A stretch of 64,000 bases of DNA. Source: Treponema sp. Lineage in GTDB: Bacteria > Spirochaetota > Spirochaetia > Treponematales > Breznakiellaceae. Position 1 is the first letter of the stretch, and each line of letters opens with the position of its first letter. The DNA lies in contig WQWU01000002.1 in the NCBI GenBank assembly GCA_009785215.1, positions 21,489 through 85,488 on the forward strand, written 5' to 3'. The position numbers and the translations under genes were made by a program. A model generated the notes under the pieces. That model had not been told where the DNA came from and did not search any database. It was given only the letters and a program-made list of their open reading frames with translations. Positions 50,462-57,918 of the stretch are shown one piece after another.

Positions 50462-51903
50462 TTTCTAACCTCCAGGTAAAAAACTATATCCTGTTTTAAA
50501 TTAATGCCTTTTCCTGCATTAATACCTCCCCTGCCGCCAGGAATCAAAAGTTTGTAAAAACTATTTTCTTCGTCATTAGCAGATATTAACCCTTCCCAGC
50601 GCAAGAAAAGGCGATCATCAGAAATCCAGGTAACATATTGAAGTGCAACAGGTGCCAATGTTCTGGGAAAAAAAGGAGAAAGAATAATCTTTTGCGGAGA
50701 AATTTGTTTTTCTTCCAACTCAAAAAGGTGAGAAAAACGGATAGAGAAAAACAGTTCACCTGTTGCAGAATCTGCATGTACAGGTAATACAATATTTGTT
50801 TCTGAAAAATCTAAAAAAGTAAATTCGTCAAAAACAGAACCGCTGCCGGCAATTACAGATAAAATATTCAAATAGGGAATATCGGGCTTAAAAAATACTT
50901 TATAATCTGCGCCTGTTTTTAAACCTTCGCTGTCTTTTGTTTCTCCGGAAACAATCAAAGTATAGATAATTTCCGGCTCTATTTCCCTGGAAAAAATAAA
51001 AACAATACTATCTTCGGACAAAAATTCGGTTCTGCCGGTAAGCGAAGGTTCAAAACGTAAAGAACGAAGCGCACTTTCTCCCATGGGTTTATTGAAAGAA
51101 ACAGCTATTCCCTGTCCAAATCCCAAACCAGTTTCAATATCCATACCTGTTGGGTACCAGCTTCCGTCCGAAAATAAAACAGGGTAAACATTAACAACAG
51201 AAGGCAGGATTTTATCTAAATCTGTTAGAAAGTGTCCTGAATATGTTTTTGGAAGAGGTATCCCTTCAAAACATTTTGCAGAATCTTTCAGACTCCACCT
51301 GTATATATTCCAGGGAGAAAGTGCATTTTCAGCAATAACTTTTAATATTCTGCCGTCGTCTGACCATTCAAATATTTTATTTCCAATTCCTTCCAGCGTT
51401 AAAGCAGATTCAGTTAAAAACCTGTTCATTGAACGTGAAAAATAGAATTCTAAAATAACATTGTTTGTTCCAACAGATGCTCCATTGAAAGGCAAATGAT
51501 GTTCCAAAACCGGCGGCGAATTTCTGCTTACTGCAAAAAAAGGAATAAAACGTTCTATACGCATTTCTCTTCCGTCTGCAGACCGGATAGATCCATTTAA
51601 ACTGAGGGTATAACGCACTCCGGGAATCCATCCTTGAACAGGAACAAATAAAAGCGCATTTCCTTTCCATGAATAATCGCCTTTAACAGATCCATAATCA
51701 GAATTAATCTGCAATATTCCTTCTATTTCATTTTTAATAACTTCAGTATTGAATTTAAGCATTACAGGACTGTATATTTCCGCCAGAACAGAATCCATGA
51801 CACCAGGTTCTATTAGCAGCCCAATCGGGCGAAGGTCAGCAAATCCGCACGATAAAAAAACAAAAACAGGCAAAAAGATTATTTTATTCAAAAACCGAAA
51901 CAT
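50458..51903 (-). CDS. lipoprotein with tandem bacterial Ig-like (Big_5-type) domains
   Basis: FLSC lipobox and three or more Ig-like repeats (FSRSMN, FNKPMG). Confidence 0.8.
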   Translation of the reverse strand: MFRFLNKIIFLPVFVFLSCGFADLRPIGLLIEPGVMDSVLAEIYSPVMLKFNTEVIKNEIEGILQINSDYGSVKGDYSWKGNALLFVPVQGWIPGVRYTLSLNGSIRSADGREMRIERFIPFFAVSRNSPPVLEHHLPFNGASVGTNNVILEFYFSRSMNRFLTESALTLEGIGNKIFEWSDDGRILKVIAENALSPWNIYRWSLKDSAKCFEGIPLPKTYSGHFLTDLDKILPSVVNVYPVLFSDGSWYPTGMDIETGLGFGQGIAVSFNKPMGESALRSLRFEPSLTGRTEFLSEDSIVFIFSREIEPEIIYTLIVSGETKDSEGLKTGADYKVFFKPDIPYLNILSVIAGSGSVFDEFTFLDFSETNIVLPVHADSATGELFFSIRFSHLFELEEKQISPQKIILSPFFPRTLAPVALQYVTWISDDRLFLRWEGLISANDEENSFYKLLIPGGRGGINAGKGINLKQDIVFYLEVRK

Positions 51904-53227
51904 TTGTTCCCTCCCTTAAATCAGAATCCGGCCGTAACACAATATAATCTCCTATGTTTATTCCGGAGATAATTTCGCGGTCTTCGCCGTAAACAGAACC
52001 AAAAATAATTTTTCGCTCGGAAACTACCTTGCCATTTATTAAAAAAACATTTCCTTCATTATTTTTTTTATTAAAAATTGATGATTCGGGAATAAATACG
52101 GCTGTTTTAGGCGGTCCAAGAGTTATTGTTACACGCACAAACATACCAGGTTTTAAATTATTTAAATCTGAATTATTTGTATTCTCCAGTAAGACACGGA
52201 CAAAAAAACTTAAACTTTGAGTATCTGCCTGCGGATAAACCAAATTAACAGCGCCGCTTTTTATTTCGCCTGTTCCGTCTACCAAAACGGAAGCTTTCAT
52301 TCCATTTTCTATCCGCAGAGCATCTTTTTCGCGCACAGGGAAAATCGCATATAATGAAGTTGTATCAATAATACTGATAATTTTATCGTACGGACGAACC
52401 CGTTCACCTTCTTCAAGAAAACATACGCCGACAATGCCGGATATAGGACTTCGCACAGTAAGCTCGGAAAGAGCAATATTTGCAGATGTTAGTTCTTTTT
52501 CTGCAGCTTCTACCCTTGCTCCGGCAGCTTCCAGTTCAGCTCTAAGAATGGATGTCATAAGGCGAACTAACGCATTCTGCCGCTCTGTTTCATCTAACGG
52601 CACAGAAAATCCGGCTCTGATAAGATCCTGATCCCTGCAGCCAATCCGCCTAATTTCCAGCTCTTTTTCCATTAACTGAATTTGTTCCAGTTCCGTATCA
52701 ATCCCGAAACGGCTTACAAGTATCGCCTCTGTGTGAATGCCGCCCGCAGAATAAAGTGTTTCCTGATTCAAATGCTTACGGTAATTTTCTTCCCATCTTT
52801 TTTTGGCAAGGGTTAGTTCAGCATCTGCTTTTTCCAGAATACGAAGCTGCGCCTCTGCCTGAAACACCCCTTCCAAAAGCTTTGAATTGGACAAGCTGCG
52901 GGCGGCAAGAGCCTGTGAATAATTATTTTCCGCTCTTTGAACTGCCAAAACAATCTGCGGATTTTCCAGTTGAATTATTAAATCGCCTTGTTTAACATAT
53001 TCACCTTCCCTGAAATAAATCCTTTTAATAACAGCATCCTGCGGAGAGGTAACATCAACCTTACTTAAAAACGATAAACTGCCGAAACCGCCGGCTTCGT
53101 CCGGTATATCACGGGCATACGCAGCGGTTCCTCTAACCATTTTAGTTTCGCTGCCTGCATTAATTTTATTTTTATCGCAGGAAATGGAAAATAAAATTAT
53201 TGTTAAAAAAATTATAAATACTTTCAT
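51884..53227 (-). CDS. RND periplasmic adaptor (membrane fusion protein), lipoprotein with long hairpin
   Basis: ISC lipobox, EGEYVKQGD and VRSPISG lipoyl halves, LKPGMF. Confidence 0.9.
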   Translation of the reverse strand: MKVFIIFLTIILFSISCDKNKINAGSETKMVRGTAAYARDIPDEAGGFGSLSFLSKVDVTSPQDAVIKRIYFREGEYVKQGDLIIQLENPQIVLAVQRAENNYSQALAARSLSNSKLLEGVFQAEAQLRILEKADAELTLAKKRWEENYRKHLNQETLYSAGGIHTEAILVSRFGIDTELEQIQLMEKELEIRRIGCRDQDLIRAGFSVPLDETERQNALVRLMTSILRAELEAAGARVEAAEKELTSANIALSELTVRSPISGIVGVCFLEEGERVRPYDKIISIIDTTSLYAIFPVREKDALRIENGMKASVLVDGTGEIKSGAVNLVYPQADTQSLSFFVRVLLENTNNSDLNNLKPGMFVRVTITLGPPKTAVFIPESSIFNKKNNEGNVFLINGKVVSERKIIFGSVYGEDREIISGINIGDYIVLRPDSDLREGTNVSVFE

Positions 53228-54636
53228 GGTAATCTCTCTATTAGAATATTGGTAAAATTATCAAGTTCGCCCGGCTGTAAATTTAGAAGCCGTTCCAATT
53301 CGCGCTCTGCCTGAAGCAAAGCCGCTGCTGCTTCTACAACAGCAATTTCCCTTTGAGTTTGTTCTATTAAAACTTCCATTAACTTCAACCTTGTAATATG
53401 CCCAAGGTTAAGTCTTATATCTTCAATACGGCAGCGTTCACTGCCGATAGCTGCTGCTTCTAGAGCTAAATTTCTTTTTTGCTCTGCAAGAGCGCATTTT
53501 TCTACAGCATTAAAAGCTGTACGCCCTATCCTTTCAAAAAAAACTATATATTTTTCCTGCTCCAAAGCAAGCACCAGCTGCACCTGCTTTTTACTGTATC
53601 TTGCAGAAGGATCATAAAAAGGCGTAAAACTGTTTTGAATCATAGCTGTTCTGTCATATTGCCCAAAAGACAAAGGTTCCCATCCGGTTTGCGCTGCAAA
53701 ACGATTATGAATCCACGGGCCGGATAACTCTATATTTATTCCAACTGACCAATTGCTTCGTGTTAGCGGATAACTCTGCCCGCTAAGGCCAAAGTTTCCA
53801 TTTAAACGCAGACTGGGAATCCATGAACTGGATAAATACTTTAATTCCATTTGTTTTTTATTGATAGAAAAACGGATTTCGTTTAAATCAGGGTTTTGAT
53901 CTTTTGCAATAGCAGCAGCAGCAGAAGCTGCAAAAAGTGTATTTTGCAAATCAGTCCAAATAGAACGGTTAATATCAACTTTTTCTATTAATACAGGCAA
54001 AACATCAAAACCAAGAATTTCTGCAAATTGCTTTTCTATTTCCATAATATCCAGTTCAAGTAAAATAATTTCTATCTTTGCATCAGCAAGTTTTATATCC
54101 GCTCCTGCAAGATCAACGGGAAGCGCAAGACCCAAAATTACTTCTTCATTTAAAATTCTTCTTTGTTCATCAAGAACAATCAGCGCCGATTTTTTAATTT
54201 CCAGAATAGCTCTGGAAGATAAAACATTTCTATAAGCTGTAATTGCTGATTCTTCAATATCGCCGGTCATTCTTTGCAATTTTGAAAAAGCAAGGTCTAA
54301 ATCCATACGTTCAAGTTTTCTGGATATTATAGTTCTGCCTCCGTCAAACATAAGCTGCTCAATACTGATACCGTAGTTTTTAATAAAACTATCTGCGCCT
54401 AAATACTGCAGACGATCATTTTCTGAAACAGTAAAACTTAAACGAGGAAAAAACGAACGTAAACCCCATTTCCAGGCTCCTTCTGCAGCAGCCTGCATTT
54501 CATTTGCATGCCTAAGATCAGAAGATGCCAAAACAGCAAATTCTGCAGCCTGAGAAAATGTTAATGTATTATTTTCTGCGCTGAATAACGCAGTGAATGT
54601 ACAGAAAAAAAGCAGTATCGCAATTTTAACAAGCAT
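53224..54636 (-). CDS. TolC family outer-membrane channel
   Basis: Signal peptide, two OEP-like halves (FFPRLSF...QLMFDGG; WIPSLRL...WSVGINI), adjacent to the adaptor gene. Confidence 0.85.
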   Translation of the reverse strand: MLVKIAILLFFCTFTALFSAENNTLTFSQAAEFAVLASSDLRHANEMQAAAEGAWKWGLRSFFPRLSFTVSENDRLQYLGADSFIKNYGISIEQLMFDGGRTIISRKLERMDLDLAFSKLQRMTGDIEESAITAYRNVLSSRAILEIKKSALIVLDEQRRILNEEVILGLALPVDLAGADIKLADAKIEIILLELDIMEIEKQFAEILGFDVLPVLIEKVDINRSIWTDLQNTLFAASAAAAIAKDQNPDLNEIRFSINKKQMELKYLSSSWIPSLRLNGNFGLSGQSYPLTRSNWSVGINIELSGPWIHNRFAAQTGWEPLSFGQYDRTAMIQNSFTPFYDPSARYSKKQVQLVLALEQEKYIVFFERIGRTAFNAVEKCALAEQKRNLALEAAAIGSERCRIEDIRLNLGHITRLKLMEVLIEQTQREIAVVEAAAALLQAERELERLLNLQPGELDNFTNILIERLP

Positions 54637-55259
54637 TACATTACCTCGTTTAAAATATTTTCCAAATTTATAATTGAGCGTAACAACGGTGTATCCCAGG
54701 GAAGCATAGCTTTTGCTCTATTTAAATCTTCCAGCGCATCTTCTACTCTGCCTGTTACCCAGCGCAGTCTTGCCCTGTCCAGTAAAACCATTGCGCTTTC
54801 TGCAGAAAACTCTGCTGCTCTGTCTAAAAAAACCGCAGCTTCATCAAACCTTCCCATATCAGAAGCAAGCTCTGCCGCAAAACGCAAAGTGCGTATATCT
54901 TGCGGATTATCGGATAATAGCGATTCAATAACTTGCATTGCACCGGCAATTTCGTTTTTATCGCGGAGAACCCGCGAAAGATACAAAGAAGCCTCTAACA
55001 TTGATGGGCGCAGTTTTATAGCCCTGCGGCAGAGCTTTTCGGCTTTATCAAGATTTCCGTAAAAGTATTCAGCTTTTGCATTCAGAATTAGTGCAGGAGG
55101 AAAATTATTCATTCCTGATAAAATTTCAGAAACTTCTGCAAATCTACCCTGCAAATAAAAATCAGATGCCCGTGCATAAAGACGAATTGTTTCTGAATCC
55201 GGCGTTTTAACACAGGAGATAAAAAGAATAACCAAACCCAAAAGAAAAATATTTTTCAT
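54636..55259 (-). CDS. TPR-repeat lipoprotein
   Basis: FISC lipobox from MKNIF (55259), several TPR motifs. Confidence 0.85.
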   Translation of the reverse strand: MKNIFLLGLVILFISCVKTPDSETIRLYARASDFYLQGRFAEVSEILSGMNNFPPALILNAKAEYFYGNLDKAEKLCRRAIKLRPSMLEASLYLSRVLRDKNEIAGAMQVIESLLSDNPQDIRTLRFAAELASDMGRFDEAAVFLDRAAEFSAESAMVLLDRARLRWVTGRVEDALEDLNRAKAMLPWDTPLLRSIINLENILNEVM

Positions 55260-55276
55260 ATACCGCCTTCCTGTCA

Positions 55277-56251
55277 TTAACTGCGGCATATATAAAAAAG
55301 CCGTTCTGCAAGGCGGCCTTTTGCAGAGAGCGCCTGAGCGTTAAAATAATCCCTGAATCTGGGAATATTATTTAACGGTTTTAACGCACCAACTGCAAAA
55401 GTTGTGTATGGATTGTCCGGAAGATTAATTAAGGGCAATAATGATTCCAGAAATAAAGGATTACCGGAATTAACTGCTTGGGAAACAATAATTTCAATTT
55501 CTTTTTTTGTTTTAATTGCAAAACTGTCTTCTGTTTTTAATCCCGTATAAGCCGCTATAATTTTTCTGCACTCATCTGCAAAAGGTCCATCAGCAGATAT
55601 ATTGATGCAATTTTCTGCAAACTCTGCGGCAATAACACCGGAAAATGCTCTGGCTCCTCTATACCAATACTCCGGAAAATGCGAATAACGTGCACGGATG
55701 GATTTATATGCTTCCGCAGCCCTTCTGCCGCCCTTATCTTCTTCTAAAGCGCAGACAAGAAGCATCCATCTGCCGAAACTGTCAGGTTCATCCTCTGAAT
55801 TAATCAAAAGTTCAAGGCTTTCAGATGCTTCGCTCCACTTTCCGTTTAAGAAAGCAAAAATGGCATTGGCGGCAGAAATAACAGATTCATCGCCTTTTAC
55901 AGAAAGTACATTTAATATTCCATTTTCCAGATCATTCTTCTGAAGCATTCCCATTCCATAAGCCCATGCCAATTCTTTAAATGCCGCCGCTACAGCTCCG
56001 GAATAATCACCGGCATATTCTCTAAGGCTGGATTCAGTAAAACCCATTCCCTGAAACCACAATCCAGCCCTTTCCAGCTCGGCTAGTTCGTCCAGTTTCT
56101 GCATAAGTGAATGTAAATCCGGCGCTTCAGATGTTAATAAAACTGCCGCTGCTCTTTCTGATTGCTGAATCCCCCCGCTCTCCAGAGAAGGAACAGTACA
56201 GGCGGCAAAAGTTATCAAAATAAAAGATAAAAGAAATGATGTGTTTTTCAT
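55277..56251 (-). CDS. helical (TPR-like) lipoprotein, first gene of the operon
   Basis: FAAC lipobox from MKNTS (56251, GGAG RBS), Ala/Leu-rich helical repeats. Confidence 0.78.
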   Translation of the reverse strand: MKNTSFLLSFILITFAACTVPSLESGGIQQSERAAAVLLTSEAPDLHSLMQKLDELAELERAGLWFQGMGFTESSLREYAGDYSGAVAAAFKELAWAYGMGMLQKNDLENGILNVLSVKGDESVISAANAIFAFLNGKWSEASESLELLINSEDEPDSFGRWMLLVCALEEDKGGRRAAEAYKSIRARYSHFPEYWYRGARAFSGVIAAEFAENCINISADGPFADECRKIIAAYTGLKTEDSFAIKTKKEIEIIVSQAVNSGNPLFLESLLPLINLPDNPYTTFAVGALKPLNNIPRFRDYFNAQALSAKGRLAERLFYICRS

Positions 56252-56344
56252 AAGCAACTCCATAAAAAAGATTTGCTTATATATGGGGTGAGCGTGCGTG
56301 GCGCTTTAGTGTAAACTCAATTTTTTTGAAGATTTTTGACTTTT

Positions 56345-57235
56345 TTATTGAATTCTGCTAATCGAAGCTGCCCATCTCTGTAAGGCAATCCCAAATGCTA
56401 CAGAAACGTTCAAGGACGCCTTTGCGCCGTAACAGGGAATGGATACTCTGCCAAACGAAACATCCGCGGCGGCAAGCGCACCAGGACTTACGCCTAGTTC
56501 TTCTGAGCCAGCTATCAATATACCGCGATGCGGAAAAGAAAATTCATTTATGGGAATCCCTCCTGTTTCCAGCGCAAAAACGGGAAGTTCTGCAGATTCA
56601 GAACCAGAAAATAAATCGCGCCTTTCCCACGGAATAATATCTATACAACCCATAGCCGTACGTTTTGCCCGTGTATGATTTGGATCAGCGCAAAAGGGAG
56701 ATAAAATTATTTTTTCTACGCCAAAGCTTTCTGCGGTGCGGAACATTGCGCCAATATTAAAAGGAGAGCGTATATCTTCCATATATATCTGCATACCATG
56801 AAATATCCGGCGTTTCTCTGAATCAAGCTGTCCGTCAGAACTGAGAAAATCCCAATCAGCCTGATCCTTGCCGGTTTCTGACAGTAAAATGTGCTTTATA
56901 TTATTCAGGATTCTGCGAAACAAAGAAACATCACCTAAAGAAAAAATTACAGAACCATGAGTAGCCACAGCTGCGCCGAAGAAATTTGCCGCTTCAACAA
57001 AACTTTTCTGCGCCTCCAGCGAAAAAAGTTCATCACCTGCAAGGAGCCTTGCGGCATCTGCAAAAAAAACAAGTTCTGCCTGATTAAATATTCCGGAGTT
57101 TTTTTCTGTATCGATTTTTTTCGGATTTTTTTCCTGCAGGCTTAAAAGCCTGTTTTCTGCCATTAAGAAAACTTTTGCTATCTTCCGCAATTTTTGGGTA
57201 CGAGGCAGTTTTTCCAGTTTATACAGGGGTATCAC
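56345..57235 (-). CDS. TrmH/SpoU family RNA methyltransferase
   Basis: IRSPFNIGAMFRTA, GSEELG and SLNVSVA SPOUT motifs. Confidence 0.92.
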   Translation of the reverse strand: MIPLYKLEKLPRTQKLRKIAKVFLMAENRLLSLQEKNPKKIDTEKNSGIFNQAELVFFADAARLLAGDELFSLEAQKSFVEAANFFGAAVATHGSVIFSLGDVSLFRRILNNIKHILLSETGKDQADWDFLSSDGQLDSEKRRIFHGMQIYMEDIRSPFNIGAMFRTAESFGVEKIILSPFCADPNHTRAKRTAMGCIDIIPWERRDLFSGSESAELPVFALETGGIPINEFSFPHRGILIAGSEELGVSPGALAAADVSFGRVSIPCYGAKASLNVSVAFGIALQRWAASISRIQ

Positions 57236-57567
57236 AAATCGTTTCTCTCTGTAACATTCAAAAGCTGCTCAACCTGCAGCATTACATAATCCTGAAACTT
57301 TGGCGGCAATTCATTGAATAAACTCATCATACGCTGTAATTTCTCGCCTGGTGTTTTAAAGAACATGTCTCCATCGCCGTTTTTTAACCATTTCTCATTA
57401 ACGCCGAAAGTTAATGAAATTAAATGTACAATACGATCATTAACCTTACGATGTTCACATTCCAGTTCAGCGATATAACCATTGCTTATATAGATTGCCT
57501 TGGCAAATTCAACTTGAGACATATTGAGAGTCTGGCGTAAGTGTCTAATCCGCTTACTAATTGTCAT
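57232..57567 (-). CDS. XRE family HTH regulator with C-terminal oligomerisation helices
   Basis: RIRHLRQTLNMSQVEFAKAI...VNEKWLKNGDGDMF. Promoter TTGCAT-17nt-TATGAT ends 6 nt before the ATG. Confidence 0.92.
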   Translation of the reverse strand: MTISKRIRHLRQTLNMSQVEFAKAIYISNGYIAELECEHRKVNDRIVHLISLTFGVNEKWLKNGDGDMFFKTPGEKLQRMMSLFNELPPKFQDYVMLQVEQLLNVTERNDL

Positions 57568-57698
57568 AACAACATCATACGATAAAAATTCTCACTATGC
57601 AAGGTTTGGTTTAACAATTTGAGTGTTTACAATTCTCACAAAATAGCATAATATACTCACATATAGAGTGAAATCATCCTTGGGGGATTGGAGGCAAA

Positions 57699-57869
57699 AT
57701 GAATAAGGAAGAAAAATTTGAAAAAATGTGCAAAGACTTCTCATCGCTTAATAACGAACAACAAGACTATATTCTGGGCATAATGCAGGCGCTTATTTTT
57801 GCTAAAACTACAGGTAATCAGGCTAATCCGGATAAACCGGAAAAAAATACTCAAAACGTAAAAAAATAG
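57699..57869 (+). CDS. 56-aa protein similar to the XRE C-terminus (SinI-like antagonist candidate)
   Basis: Not in the track. GGAGG RBS. Translates as MNKEEKFEKMCKDFSSLNNEQQDYILGIMQALIFAKTTGNQANPDKPEKNTQNVKK. Confidence 0.8.
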   Translation: MNKEEKFEKMCKDFSSLNNEQQDYILGIMQALIFAKTTGNQANPDKPEKNTQNVKK

Positions 57870-57918
57870 AATAAACAGCATCTTCATTTTTTTGGTAAAT
57901 TAATCTACAATAATACCC

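Noticed and set aside
35135-54636. Classical type I secretion (RTX) or CdiAB two-partner system
   Set aside because: No ABC transporter, GGxGxD repeats, TpsB or haemagglutinin repeats. The cargo has an N-terminal signal peptide and is helical.
56283-56310. Alternative-sigma promoter (TAAA...CCCCATAT, minus strand) for the large operon
   Set aside because: Imperfect match and spacing for sigma28, with no supporting second example in the window.
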